A DNA stretch of 64,000 bases from an uncultured Actinomycetes bacterium (GTDB lineage Bacteria; Actinomycetota; Thermoleophilia; Gaiellales; JAICJC01). The notes beneath the pieces are model-generated. The model was not told where the DNA came from and ran no database searches. It saw nothing but the letters and a program-made list of their open reading frames with translations. The position numbers and the translations under genes are program-made. Numbering within the stretch: position 1 is the first letter of the stretch; the number at the start of each line of letters is the position of its first letter. The DNA is taken from NCBI GenBank assembly GCA_963809205.1, contig CAWEIS010000002.1, positions 50,110 through 114,109 of the forward strand, given 5' to 3'. Of the stretch, positions 35,977 to 46,173 are shown piece after piece.

Positions 35977-38634
35977 GTGTCGGACAAACGACGTAATCTG
36001 CTTATCCTGGGGATCGTGGCCGTGCTGCTGGCCGGCTCCGCCGTGCTCATGGTCACGCGCGACTTCCGGCTGGGCCTGGACCTGCGCGGTGGCATCGAGG
36101 TCGTGCTGGAGGCGCGGCCGACCCAGGGCGAGAAGGTGACGTCCGACCTGCTGAGCCAGTCGGCGGACATCCTGCGCAGGCGCATCGACCCGCAGGGAGT
36201 GTTGTCCCCGGAGATCCGCACCAGCTCCTCCGACGGCCAGGTGACCGTTGCCGTCCCGGGCGCCAAGAACGCTCAGGACGTCGAGCGGCTGCTGGTGGCC
36301 AGCGGTCAGCTGCAGAGCTTTGACCTCTTCCAGTTCCTCAACCAGACGTCGGCGGCCGGCCGCAACCAGGCGAAGCCGTACGCCTCGATGTACGACCTGC
36401 TGAAGGCTGCGCAGCCTCAGGTGAAGGACGAAAGCGACGTCGCCGGCTGGGCGCTGTTCGACAAGAGCACGAAGAAGCAGTACGGGCAGATCGAGGCGAC
36501 CAAGGCTCAGGTGCTGCAGGACGTCGCCGGCGAGGCACAGCCCGCGGACCCGGTCTGGCTGCCGGTGCCCAAGGGCACGTCGGTCGTCTCGTGTCCGGCC
36601 GTGAACAGCTGCCCCGGCGTGACCACCACCGAGGGCACGTTCTACTACCTGTTCGACCTCAACACGGACGAGCGTGGCAACCCGGACGTGATCACCGGCG
36701 ACCAGGTGGGCGCCGAGGCCTCGACCGACCCGAACTCCGGCCAGCCGATCGTCTCGCTGACGTACAAGAACGGCGGCGGCGACGAGTTCCACAACATCAC
36801 CCGCAACCTGGCGATCGAGGGGCGCGCGGCGGGGACGCCGATGCCGCAGGCGATCGTCGTCGACGGCCAGCTGGTGGCGACGCCGATCGTCGACTACAAC
36901 CAGTTCCCCGACGGGATCGACGTCTCGATCAACAACTCGAGCGAGATCACCGGCGTCTCGCGGTCGGAAGCCGAGCGGATTGCCCTCGAGGTGCAGGCCG
37001 GCTCGCTGCCGCTCAAGTTCAGCGCCGTCTCGACCACGGTGATCGGCGCCTCGCTGGGGCAGGACGCCCTGCGCGACGGCCTGATCGCGGGCGCCGCCGG
37101 CCTGATCTTCGTGATGATCTTCCTGATCATCGTCTACGGGTTCCTGGGCGTGATCGCCGACATCGCGCTGCTCATCTACGGCGTGCTGCTGGCGGGAATC
37201 GTGCTCGCCCTGGACGTCACCATGACCCTGCCCGGCATCGCCGGCACGATTCTCACCATCGGTGTTGCCGCCGACGCAAACATCGTCATCTTCGAACGTA
37301 TCAAGGAAGAGGTGAGAGTCGGGAAGTCGATACGCACAGCGATCGCGATCGGCTACCAGAAGGGCTTCCGCACGATCGTCGACGCGAACGTCGTCACGCT
37401 GATCACGGCTGCGATCCTGTACGTGTCGACCACGTCGAGCGTCAAGGGCTTCGCGCTGATGCTGGGTATCGGCGTGATCACGTCGATCTTCACCGCCGTC
37501 GTCGCGACCCGGGCAATGCTCTCCCTGCTCGCCGGCCTCAAGTTCATGTCGTCCAAGCGCGTGCTGGGCAACATCGGCACCGGCGACCGCTGGAAGAAGT
37601 ACGACCTGATCGGCAAGACCAAGCTGTGGTTCGCGATCTCGGCGATCGCCATGGGCATCGGCGTGTTCAGCCTGGCGACCCGCGGCCTCAACGAGGGCAT
37701 CGACTTCACCGGCGGGTCGAAGATCGAGTTCACGACGCCGGCGGCGCACTCGACCGACGAGGTGTCCTCGATCGTCAGCGACACGGGCGTCAAGGAGCCG
37801 CAGGTGGTCGGCACCGGCAGGAGCGAGAACGGCGACTACAAGGGCTTCCGGATCCAGTCGAAGTCGCTTCAGCCGAAGGTGCAGTCGGACACCTTGGTCG
37901 CCATCGCGACCAAGCTCGACGTCCCGCGTGACGACATCAGCGTCCGCAACGTGTCGAGCTCGTTCGGCTCGTCCGTGCTCGACTCCGCCTACCTGGCGAT
38001 CGCGTTCTCGCTGCTGATCATCTTCCTGTACATCACGTTCCGGTTCGAGTGGCGGTTCGCGGTGCCGGTGATGGTCGCGCTCGGGCACGACATCATCATC
38101 ACGCTCGGCTTCTACTCGATCCTGCAGCGCGAGGTGACCGCCGACACGGTGGCCGCGGTGCTGACCGTGCTCGGCTATTCGCTGTACGACACGGTGATCG
38201 TGTTCGACCGTGTGCGCGAGAACATCAAGATCCTGCCGCGGCTGACCGCCGGCAAGCTGGTCAACGAGTCGCTGGCCGAGACGATCACGCGATCCCTGAA
38301 CACCTCCCTGGTCACGCTGATCCCGGTCGTGCTGCTCTACGTCTTCGGCACGGGGTCGCTGCAGGACTTCGCGTTCGCGCTGATCGTCGGCATCGCGTCC
38401 GGCGCGTACTCGTCGATCTTCATCGCAGCCCCGCTGCTGGCGATCCTGCTGGAGCGCGAGCCTCGGTTCGAGCACCGCCGCCAGGAGCTGATCCGCTCGG
38501 GCGAGCTGCCGCCGACACCGGTGCGCGGCGCTCCCGCTGCCCCTGTGCCCGCCGCGGACGGCCCGGCGGTCGATGGTCCGGCGCCAAAGCGGCCGCGCCG
38601 CAGGCGCGCGAGACCGCACGGCCGCTCACGCTGA
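35977..38634 (+). CDS. secDF: protein translocase subunit SecDF (fused SecD-SecF)
   Basis: 885 aa. The SecD part is LGLDLRGGIEVVLEA..GASLGQDALRDGLIAG... The SecF part is LIGKTKLWFAISAIAMGIGVFSLATRGLNEGIDFTGGS... No separate yajC lies between tgt and secDF. Confidence 0.95.
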   Translation: MSDKRRNLLILGIVAVLLAGSAVLMVTRDFRLGLDLRGGIEVVLEARPTQGEKVTSDLLSQSADILRRRIDPQGVLSPEIRTSSSDGQVTVAVPGAKNAQDVERLLVASGQLQSFDLFQFLNQTSAAGRNQAKPYASMYDLLKAAQPQVKDESDVAGWALFDKSTKKQYGQIEATKAQVLQDVAGEAQPADPVWLPVPKGTSVVSCPAVNSCPGVTTTEGTFYYLFDLNTDERGNPDVITGDQVGAEASTDPNSGQPIVSLTYKNGGGDEFHNITRNLAIEGRAAGTPMPQAIVVDGQLVATPIVDYNQFPDGIDVSINNSSEITGVSRSEAERIALEVQAGSLPLKFSAVSTTVIGASLGQDALRDGLIAGAAGLIFVMIFLIIVYGFLGVIADIALLIYGVLLAGIVLALDVTMTLPGIAGTILTIGVAADANIVIFERIKEEVRVGKSIRTAIAIGYQKGFRTIVDANVVTLITAAILYVSTTSSVKGFALMLGIGVITSIFTAVVATRAMLSLLAGLKFMSSKRVLGNIGTGDRWKKYDLIGKTKLWFAISAIAMGIGVFSLATRGLNEGIDFTGGSKIEFTTPAAHSTDEVSSIVSDTGVKEPQVVGTGRSENGDYKGFRIQSKSLQPKVQSDTLVAIATKLDVPRDDISVRNVSSSFGSSVLDSAYLAIAFSLLIIFLYITFRFEWRFAVPVMVALGHDIIITLGFYSILQREVTADTVAAVLTVLGYSLYDTVIVFDRVRENIKILPRLTAGKLVNESLAETITRSLNTSLVTLIPVVLLYVFGTGSLQDFAFALIVGIASGAYSSIFIAAPLLAILLEREPRFEHRRQELIRSGELPPTPVRGAPAAPVPAADGPAVDGPAPKRPRRRRARPHGRSR

Positions 38635-38697
38635 CGCCAAAAGGGGCAGCACATCGCCCCCCATTCGGGTGGCTACCTTCCGGGCGACGGTGCCGAT

Positions 38698-39837
38698 GTG
38701 TTGTCCACTATGGACCATCGGTCCGATAGCTCCCAGCGCCGTTTCGACGACCTGATCTCCGTGATCGAGTCGACGCGCGCGCTCGCAGAAGCCGCCGACT
38801 CGTCGGAGGCCATGTCGCTGTTCGCGCGCGAGCTGACCCTGCTGTTCGAGGCCTCGGCGTGCCTGATCTCGGAGTACGACCCCTCGACGGCGACGGTCAC
38901 CGACTGGGCCGCGTACGTGATCCCGCCGGCGCAGCTGAACGTGGTCGCCGAGAACTACCAGCTCGACGAGTACCCGAGCACGCGCCGTGTGCTGGAGGGG
39001 CTGGAGGAGACGTCGACGTGTATCGGCGACGGCGGCGATCCGGCCGAGCACCGCTTCCTCGAGGAGGCCGGCTTCGGCGCCAGCATGATGGTGCCGCTGG
39101 TCATGGACGGCGCCGCGACCGGGCTGATCGAGCTGTTCGACGCGCGTAAGCGCCGGTTCGACCTGGACGACCGCCGGTTCTGCCGGCTGCTCGCCGACCA
39201 GGCGGGGATCGTACTTGGCGCCGTGCGGATGGCCGACCGGCTGGAGGAGCAGCATCTGGCCACGGTCGGCGCCCTCGCTGCGGCGCTGGAGGCGAAGGAC
39301 GCCTACACCGGCAGCCACGCGCAGACGATCGCCGAGTTCGCGGTCGCTGTCGGCGAGGAGCTGGGGCTGTCCGGCCGCGAGCTGCGTGCCGTGCGCATGG
39401 GTGCGCTGCTGCACGACGTCGGCAAGATTGCCATCCCGGACGCCATCCTCAACAAGCCGGGGCCGCTGACGGACGACGAGTTCATGGTCATGAAGAGCCA
39501 CACCACGATCGGCGCCGACATCATCCGCGGCATCCCGGGGATGGAGGAGGTCGTCGCCCTGGTGCGCTCGTCGCACGAGCGCTGGGACGGCCGCGGGTAC
39601 CCCGACGGGCTGTCCGGCACCGACGTGCCGCGTGGCGCGTACGTGATCGCGGTCTGCGACGCGTTCCACGCGATGATCGAGGATCGGGTGTACCGCAAGG
39701 CGATGTCGCTCGAGGGCGCGACCGCCGAGCTCAACCGCTGCTGCGGCTCGCAGTTCATGCCCGCCGCCGTCGAGGCGCTGGTCCGCGTGATCGAGCGCGG
39801 CGGCCAGCGGGTCGTGCGCTTCTCCCAGGCCGCCTGA
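38698..39837 (+). CDS. GAF domain - HD-GYP domain protein (putative cyclic-di-nucleotide phosphodiesterase)
   Basis: N-terminal GAF-like region. The HD-GYP core is DAYTGSHAQTIAEFAV..ALLHDVGKIAIPD..HERWDGRGYPDGL. TTG start; ATG at 38710 is an alternative. Confidence 0.85.
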   Translation: MLSTMDHRSDSSQRRFDDLISVIESTRALAEAADSSEAMSLFARELTLLFEASACLISEYDPSTATVTDWAAYVIPPAQLNVVAENYQLDEYPSTRRVLEGLEETSTCIGDGGDPAEHRFLEEAGFGASMMVPLVMDGAATGLIELFDARKRRFDLDDRRFCRLLADQAGIVLGAVRMADRLEEQHLATVGALAAALEAKDAYTGSHAQTIAEFAVAVGEELGLSGRELRAVRMGALLHDVGKIAIPDAILNKPGPLTDDEFMVMKSHTTIGADIIRGIPGMEEVVALVRSSHERWDGRGYPDGLSGTDVPRGAYVIAVCDAFHAMIEDRVYRKAMSLEGATAELNRCCGSQFMPAAVEALVRVIERGGQRVVRFSQAA

Positions 39838-39897
39838 GCCGGCTCCCCGCCGGTTCGACGGTTGACGGATTCTCGCACCGCACATAGCATCTGTGAT

Positions 39898-41226
39898 ATG
39901 GGTCGAGGTCGGGTCATCGCACTGTTGTCGGTGGTGCTCGGTGCGGTCCTGGTCGGCTGCGGCGGCATTCCCGGGCTGGGATCGGGCGCCGACCCGGCGA
40001 TGTGCGTCGACGCCTGGAACCACGGCACGAAGGACGGCAAGCCGGCGCCGCCGGGCAGCATGATCTCCACGGCCGAGGTCGGACGACCCGGTGCGTCGTA
40101 CGGATTCGTCGCCCGCCGCGTCGCCGTGGCGGCGACCGGCGACGGGATGGGCTGCCAGGTGACGTTCGATCTGGGCACCTCAACGTTCACCTACGGCAGC
40201 GGGAGCACGGGGTGGGATCCGCGCCCTCGGCCCGACATCTCCGGGTGGTTGCCCGCGCAGGATGTGCGTCCGCTCGCCGGCCCATCGGCGCTCGTGCCGG
40301 CACCGCGGTGGAACGCCTGCCAGGAAGGCGACGGCACTCTGACGCTGCACCCTGATGGCTGTCTGGTCCGCCCACCGCTCGCACCGCCCAGCCGCATTGC
40401 GGAGCTGGTCGAGCAACGTGCCTGGATTGCGCTGACCAGCAACACGCGCGGGGCGGATATGGGTGACGGTCGTACCGCCTTCTGGCTTGGCCCGAGGTTC
40501 CAGGGAGCGGCTGCGCAGCCGGGCATCCCGGCGCCCGGCGGGGCATCCGTCCAGGTGACGTATTTCATACCGGACGAGGATCGCCTCGACTACGTGCAGG
40601 TGCTGAGCTACAACCGCCGCCTCAACGCCGTTTCCTGCCTGGGCGACGACTACCAGTGCGCAAACGGCCTCCCGGTCGATGCGACGCTGCTTGGGCGGCG
40701 GGATACGCGGCTGCAGACAGTGTTCGTCACGAGCGCCGGACACACGATCGTCAGCGCCCCGATGCGCCGCCGGATCCTCGACGCGCTCGAGCCGGTCAGC
40801 GCGACCTCGCCGCACCCGGACGTGTGTGCCGGCCGCCCCGACTTCGACTGCGGCGTGACCGGCGTGGGCACGGAGCCCGAGCCGGTCAGTCCGCCGCCCC
40901 CGGCCGCGGGTGGGTACTGGCTGGGCCCGGACTTCCAGGGTCCGCCGCTCCTCGACCAGCAGGCGCTACCTGGCACGGTCGCCTACCTCTACACGCTGAT
41001 GAGTCACCACACGTCTGTCCGGGTCGTCACGGCTCCGCCGGGCCTGCTCGACGCCTGCATCCATAGCCGTTATTGCTCGCAGAGCGTCTACGCGGGCATC
41101 AAGCAGACGCCGGTGATCGCAAAGGTGCGGCGCGGCGGCAAGTGGGTCGTCCTCATCCAGAATGGCGGCGCACCGCTCCCCGGCAAGCTTGTGCATCAGA
41201 TGGTCAGGGCGATCCAGCCGACTTAG
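39898..41226 (+). CDS. hypothetical lipoprotein
   Basis: MGRGRVIALLSVVLGAVLVGCGG has a lipobox. 442 aa. No family recognised. Confidence 0.6.
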   Translation: MGRGRVIALLSVVLGAVLVGCGGIPGLGSGADPAMCVDAWNHGTKDGKPAPPGSMISTAEVGRPGASYGFVARRVAVAATGDGMGCQVTFDLGTSTFTYGSGSTGWDPRPRPDISGWLPAQDVRPLAGPSALVPAPRWNACQEGDGTLTLHPDGCLVRPPLAPPSRIAELVEQRAWIALTSNTRGADMGDGRTAFWLGPRFQGAAAQPGIPAPGGASVQVTYFIPDEDRLDYVQVLSYNRRLNAVSCLGDDYQCANGLPVDATLLGRRDTRLQTVFVTSAGHTIVSAPMRRRILDALEPVSATSPHPDVCAGRPDFDCGVTGVGTEPEPVSPPPPAAGGYWLGPDFQGPPLLDQQALPGTVAYLYTLMSHHTSVRVVTAPPGLLDACIHSRYCSQSVYAGIKQTPVIAKVRRGGKWVVLIQNGGAPLPGKLVHQMVRAIQPT

Positions 41227-42449
41227 GCCGGCGCCGCGTCTTCGCAGGCGACGAGCTCGCCGCCGCGCGAGCGCACCCAGGCCAGCAGTCTGTCGTAGAC
41301 CCGATCCCAGCCGCGCCCGTACGCCGGCGCGAACCGGTTGTTGTGCCACAGCACCGCGGCCGTGCCGCCGCTCTGGGCGACCAGCTCGAGCACGGCGATC
41401 GCGCGCCGCAGTCCGTCCTCCGCCGAGAGCCCCAGGTGGTGCGCGTCCTGCAACGTCGCGTCCATCACCGCCAGCGGCACCTCGAGCAGGCCCAGCGGGC
41501 GGTCGCGGTCCAGGTCGTACGGGTGGTAGGGGTGCGAGAACCCGGCGCGGAGGCCCGGCTGGTCGCCGTAGCCCTGCGTCGAGTCGACGCGGAAGCCGAG
41601 TCCGTCCAGCAGCCGCAGGTCGCGGTGGGTCTCGTGGCGCAGGAAGTGGAAGCGGACGCTGGTCACGGCACGCCCGGCCGCGTCCTCGACCCGCCGGCGC
41701 TCCTCCGCAATTCGCGTGGCGTTGCCGCTCGCCGTGTAGCTCGGGTGCAGCCCGACCTCGTCGCCGCCGGCGACGATCGTGCCGGCGATCCTGCCGAGCA
41801 GGCGCTCGTAGGGCTGGGCCGGACCGTCCGCCGGATGCGCGTGGCCGCCGATCAGGAAGTGGGTCGACCGTCCGCCGTGGCGGCCCTCGACCTCGCGCAT
41901 CTGCTGGAACGTCCACATCGGGTCGCTGCCCCGCACGCGGTGGTACGGCAGACCTGCGAGCCCGGCGGCCTCGGCACGGACGTCCGCGGGCCGGCGCTCG
42001 CGCACCGCCTGCTTGAGGCGCCACGCCGACGCCCGCACCGCGGAGCGGCCGTGCCAGTGCCACGGCTCGTCGATGTCGTGCGAGAGGACGACGCGGAAGC
42101 CGGGCCGGCGCTGGGCGCCGTAGACCTCCTGGAACCGGCGGAGCAACGCGTCGACGGCGGGCGACTCGGGGTCGGCCGCCGAGAAGGCGGCGGCGAACCG
42201 GCCGTGGCGGTCGCGGGAGGATCCCGGCCGTTCCTCCCACCGGGACAGGTGCCAGAAGGCGACGGCCACCAGGTCGTCGCCGAACTGTGGCTCACCGCCG
42301 TCCAGGAACGACCAGGCGGCCTCGTCGCCGGGAAGCGACGACGACGGGTACGCCACGTCGACCGGCGCGGCGCAGGCCGCAAGCAGCGTGTCGATCGCCC
42401 ACCGCGCCTTGCCAGCGATCTGTGGCGGCGCGTCGACGGTGACCGTCAC
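41223..42449 (-). CDS. polysaccharide deacetylase-like (NodB/PuuE-superfamily-like) protein
   Basis: GTG start in a GTGA overlap with the upstream ATP-grasp stop. Motifs FRVVLSHDIDEPWHW and VGLHPSYTAS resemble divergent carbohydrate-esterase / deacetylase proteins. Family call made by eye. Confidence 0.55.
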   Translation of the reverse strand: MTVTVDAPPQIAGKARWAIDTLLAACAAPVDVAYPSSSLPGDEAAWSFLDGGEPQFGDDLVAVAFWHLSRWEERPGSSRDRHGRFAAAFSAADPESPAVDALLRRFQEVYGAQRRPGFRVVLSHDIDEPWHWHGRSAVRASAWRLKQAVRERRPADVRAEAAGLAGLPYHRVRGSDPMWTFQQMREVEGRHGGRSTHFLIGGHAHPADGPAQPYERLLGRIAGTIVAGGDEVGLHPSYTASGNATRIAEERRRVEDAAGRAVTSVRFHFLRHETHRDLRLLDGLGFRVDSTQGYGDQPGLRAGFSHPYHPYDLDRDRPLGLLEVPLAVMDATLQDAHHLGLSAEDGLRRAIAVLELVAQSGGTAAVLWHNNRFAPAYGRGWDRVYDRLLAWVRSRGGELVACEDAAPA

Positions 42450-43669
42450 GCGCGGCCACCCGAGCGCAGCGCGCCGTACACCTGGTGCACCGCGGGCATC
42501 GGGTCGCGCAGCGACAGCACCGGCTCCTGAAATGGTGGGCGCAGGGGCTCGAGGGTCGCCCGCAGCGACAGCCGGTCGCGGCGGCTCTCCCTGAGATGGC
42601 GGACGAGGGCGACCCACCGCCGCCGGCCGGCGCGCTCGCTGGTCGCCGGGTCGACGGGCAGTCCGACCGCGTCCCGGTACGCCATCCCGGCCAGGTCGAC
42701 GCCGCATGACCGGGCCAGCGAATGCCACTGCCAGAGCCGGGCGTTCACCTCCATCAGCCGCAGCGTCCCGTCCCGCGGGTCGCGCTTGTACTCGACCTGC
42801 GAGATCCCGTGGAACCCCAACTCGCGGAGCAGCGTCAGGGCGCCGTCCACCGCTGTGTGATCCCACACCGCCTCACCCACCCGGCAGGTGCCGACGCCGG
42901 CCGGCGCCTGCAGCAGCTTGCGGCCGCAGAACACGCCCAGCGCACGGCCGTCCCCGGCCAGATAGCTGCCGACCGTCCACAGGCAGTCGTCGCCGCCCGG
43001 GATCTTCTCCTGCAGCATCGGGTCGAACGCCGCGCCCTCCCGGTAGGCGCTGAGCAGCTCGCCGGCGTTCTGCGCCTCGATCAGCGGGGCGCCGTGCACC
43101 CGCTTGAACCCGGCGCCCAGCGACGGCTTCATCACGGCCGGGTAGCGGATCCGGCTGGCGGCATCGAGCGCCTCGTCCTCGCTCCGCGGATGAAACGTCG
43201 GGGGCAGCAGCACGCCGGCCCTCTCGGCCGCGTCGTACTGGAACCGCTTGGCCTGAATCGGATCGATCAGCTCCCGCGGGCCGAACGGCAGCAACATGCC
43301 CTCCGGCGCGTGGCGGTTGACGGCCACCAAGTACTCGTCGTGCGTGGGAAACGCGACCGCCGGCCGGCCCAGCGCGCCGGCCACCTCATGGAGCAGCGCC
43401 GCGAAGCCGGCGGGGTCATCGTCGGGCCGCGGGCAGACGACGGGCACCGCGTGCCGGGAACGCAGCCCGAGCGCCTGGCGCCGGTGGTCGAACGCCACCA
43501 CGGGCACGCCGGCACGGGCCAGCGCGCGGATCGCCGACAGGCCGTTGACGTAGGAACATTCCAGCACCAGAGCGGGCGGCACGCCGCGACCGCCCAGTTG
43601 GGCGATGCGCCGGCGGAGGTCGGGGGAGAGGCTCGTCACGAGCACGCCCGATGGTACAGTCGGGCGCAT
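42446..43669 (-). CDS. ATP-grasp domain protein (carboxylate-amine ligase-like)
   Basis: ..VNGLSAIRALARAGVPVVAF..YPAVMKPSLGAGFKR..LQEKIPGGDD..ISQVEYKRDPRDGTLRLMEVNARLWQWH.. is a typical ATP-grasp fold. Start set at ATG 43669 (MRPTVPSG..). A GTG a few codons downstream is an alternative. Confidence 0.75.
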   Translation of the reverse strand: MRPTVPSGVLVTSLSPDLRRRIAQLGGRGVPPALVLECSYVNGLSAIRALARAGVPVVAFDHRRQALGLRSRHAVPVVCPRPDDDPAGFAALLHEVAGALGRPAVAFPTHDEYLVAVNRHAPEGMLLPFGPRELIDPIQAKRFQYDAAERAGVLLPPTFHPRSEDEALDAASRIRYPAVMKPSLGAGFKRVHGAPLIEAQNAGELLSAYREGAAFDPMLQEKIPGGDDCLWTVGSYLAGDGRALGVFCGRKLLQAPAGVGTCRVGEAVWDHTAVDGALTLLRELGFHGISQVEYKRDPRDGTLRLMEVNARLWQWHSLARSCGVDLAGMAYRDAVGLPVDPATSERAGRRRWVALVRHLRESRRDRLSLRATLEPLRPPFQEPVLSLRDPMPAVHQVYGALRSGGRA

Positions 43670-44798
43670 GGCCGACCGCCCGCTGCGGGTGCTCGCGGTC
43701 GCCGACGCGCAGTCGATCCACACGTTGCGGTGGGCGCGACGTCTGGCCGATCGCGGGCATGCGCTCCACATCGTGTCCGACCGTGTCGCCGTCCGCCCGG
43801 CGGACGCCGCCGGGCTGCACATCCACGACGTCCGCACGCTCGACGCGATCACCCGGGTCAAGGGCGTCCGCCGGCTGCGGTTCGGCGCTGCCATCCGCAA
43901 CCTCTGCCGGCGCGAGCAGATCGACGTCGTGCACGGGCACGGCACCGCGCCGTACGCCTACTGGGGCGCCCTGGCCGGCGTGCACCCCTACGTGGTCAGC
44001 CCGTGGGGGCGCGACGTGCTGGTCGACGCCAAGCAGGAGCCGGGGAAGACGAGGGCTCGCAGGGCGTTCGATGCGGCGGACTGGGTGGTCGTCAACTCGG
44101 GGGCGATCGAGGACGCCGCAATCGAGGCCGGGGCAGATCCCGCGCGGATCACGCACATCCTCTGGCACACGCAGCTGGCCGGCTTCGGGCCCGAGCGAGG
44201 CGACCCGGCCGGTCTGCGCCGCGAGCTGGGCTTTCCCGACGATGCGCTGGTGGTGATGTCACTGCGCAACTTCCAGCACCGCACCAACATCGACGTGCTG
44301 GTGCGCGCGTTCGCTCGGCTGGTACGCGAGGAGCCGCGCGCCCGGCTGGTGCTGGCTGCGCGCGCGGGGGAGACCAGGGCCGAGATCGAGGCGCTGGTGG
44401 CCGAGCTCGACCTGGGCGACGTCGTGAGGTTTCACCGGGTCGAGCCGGAGGACCTGCCCGTGCTGGCGGCGTCCGGGGACGTCGTCGTCTCGATCGCCGA
44501 CACCGACTCGTCGCCGTCGTCCCTGCTCGAGGCGATGGCCAGCGGCCGGGCGATGGTCGGCGGCTGGTGCCCGTCGATCGACGAGTGGATCGAGCAGGGC
44601 GAGGGCGCCGAGATGGTGCCGCCCAAGGACGAGGATGCGGTGCTCGCCGCGCTGCGCAGACTGCTTGCCGACGAGCAGCTGCGGCGCAGCTACGGCGAGC
44701 GCAACCGCCGCGTCGTCCGGGAGCGAGTGGGCGAGTCCGCGCCCGCCCTGGAGAGCCTCTACCGGCAGCTGATGGCTAGAGTTCCTGCCCGTGTCTGA
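43668..44798 (+). CDS. glycosyltransferase family 4 (GT-B fold)
   Basis: MADRPLRVLAVADAQSIHTLRWARRLADRGHALHIVS.. at the N-terminus. The C-terminal donor-binding region is ..SIADTDSSPSSLLEAMASGRAMVG... Confidence 0.85.
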   Translation: MADRPLRVLAVADAQSIHTLRWARRLADRGHALHIVSDRVAVRPADAAGLHIHDVRTLDAITRVKGVRRLRFGAAIRNLCRREQIDVVHGHGTAPYAYWGALAGVHPYVVSPWGRDVLVDAKQEPGKTRARRAFDAADWVVVNSGAIEDAAIEAGADPARITHILWHTQLAGFGPERGDPAGLRRELGFPDDALVVMSLRNFQHRTNIDVLVRAFARLVREEPRARLVLAARAGETRAEIEALVAELDLGDVVRFHRVEPEDLPVLAASGDVVVSIADTDSSPSSLLEAMASGRAMVGGWCPSIDEWIEQGEGAEMVPPKDEDAVLAALRRLLADEQLRRSYGERNRRVVRERVGESAPALESLYRQLMARVPARV

Positions 44799-46173
44799 GG
44801 CGAAACGCGTGATGATCATCGGCCTCGACTGCGCGGCGCCGAAGATCCTGTTCGACGACATGCGCAGCGAGCTGCCCGTCATCTCCGGCCTGATGGAGCG
44901 GGGCGTCTGGGGTGAGCTGGAGTCGTGCGACCCGCCGATCACCGTGCCTGCGTGGTCCTGCATGATGAGCTCGAAGGACCCCGGCACGCTCGGCTTTTAC
45001 GGCTTCCGCAACCGCAAGGACCACAGCTACGACGGGATGACGTTCGCCACCAACGAGAAGATGAAGCACGACCGCGTGTGGGACATCCTCTCTCGGGACG
45101 GCAGGCACGTGGTCGTGCTGGGCGTGCCGATGACATTCCCGCCGCGGCAGGTGAACGGCGAGATGGTCTCCTGCTTCCTGGCGCCGTCGATCGAGTCCCG
45201 CTACACGTATCCCGAGGAGTTGCGCGACGAGATCGCGCAGACCGTGGGCGAGTACATGGTCGACGTGCCGAACTTCCGCACCGACGAGAAGGAGCGGATC
45301 ATGCGGGACATCAAGGAGATGACCCGCCGCCGGTTCGAGCTCGCGCGCCATCTGCGCGACACCCGCGACTGGGACTTCCTGATGATGGTCGAGATGGGCA
45401 CCGACCGCCTGCACCACGGGTTCTGGCGCTTCTACGACCACGACCACCCCGACTACCAGCCGGGCACCCGCTGGGAGGAGGAGTTCCGCGCGTACTACCG
45501 CAGCGTGGACGCGGAGATCGGCCGGCTGATCGAGGGGCTGGGAGACGACACGGCCGTGCTGGTTGTGTCCGACCACGGCGCGCAGTCGATGATCGGCGGG
45601 ATCCAGGTGAACGAGTGGCTGCAGCGCGAGGGCTACCTGCGGCTGGCGGAGCAGCCCGACGGCGTGATCCCGATCGGCCGGGCGACCGTCGACTGGCCGA
45701 ACACTCGGGTCTGGGCCGACGGCGGCTACTACTCGCGGATCTTCCTGAACGTCCGCGGCCGCGAGCCGGAGGGCACCGTTGACCCGGCGGACTACGAGGC
45801 GTTACGCGACGAGCTGATCGCCAAGCTGGAGGCGCTGGGGGACGAGCACGGGAACCCGATCGGGACGCGCGTCTTCCGCCCGCAGGACCTCTACCACGAG
45901 GTCAACGGGGTCGCGCCCGACCTGATCTGCTACTTCGGGAACCTGACCTGGCGCTCGATCGGATCGCTGGGGGACGGGCGGATCCAAGTGCGCGAGAACG
46001 ACACCGGGCCGGACGACGCGAACCACGCGAAGATGGGCGTGTACGTGATGGCCGGCCCGGGGATGCCGACCGCGTCGCCCGATCGGGCAACGCTGTTCGA
46101 CATCGCTCCGACGGTGCTGACCGCGATGGGCTATCCGGTGCCGGCAGACATGCAAGGCCGAAGCCTGGTGTGA
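44791..46173 (+). CDS. alkaline phosphatase superfamily protein (type I phosphodiesterase / nucleotide pyrophosphatase-like)
   Basis: VMIIGLDCAAPKILF..CDPPITVPAWSCMMSSKDPGTLG..VVSDHGAQ.. are AP-superfamily metal / nucleophile motifs. 8-nt overlap with the GT4 gene. Confidence 0.75.
   Translation: MSEAKRVMIIGLDCAAPKILFDDMRSELPVISGLMERGVWGELESCDPPITVPAWSCMMSSKDPGTLGFYGFRNRKDHSYDGMTFATNEKMKHDRVWDILSRDGRHVVVLGVPMTFPPRQVNGEMVSCFLAPSIESRYTYPEELRDEIAQTVGEYMVDVPNFRTDEKERIMRDIKEMTRRRFELARHLRDTRDWDFLMMVEMGTDRLHHGFWRFYDHDHPDYQPGTRWEEEFRAYYRSVDAEIGRLIEGLGDDTAVLVVSDHGAQSMIGGIQVNEWLQREGYLRLAEQPDGVIPIGRATVDWPNTRVWADGGYYSRIFLNVRGREPEGTVDPADYEALRDELIAKLEALGDEHGNPIGTRVFRPQDLYHEVNGVAPDLICYFGNLTWRSIGSLGDGRIQVRENDTGPDDANHAKMGVYVMAGPGMPTASPDRATLFDIAPTVLTAMGYPVPADMQGRSLV

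Noticed and set aside
35590-38619. Very long antisense ORFs: 35590..38619 opposite secDF, 51312..53633 opposite relA, 48905..51325 opposite recJ, 32129..33412 opposite ruvB, 8224..9588 opposite the hydrolase-cyclase, 46796..48658 opposite the UbiB-like gene
   Set aside because: These are classic high-GC shadow ORFs. The opposite strand encodes unmistakable conserved proteins. The antisense products are dominated by R/D/H/G/A/P/V with no motifs.
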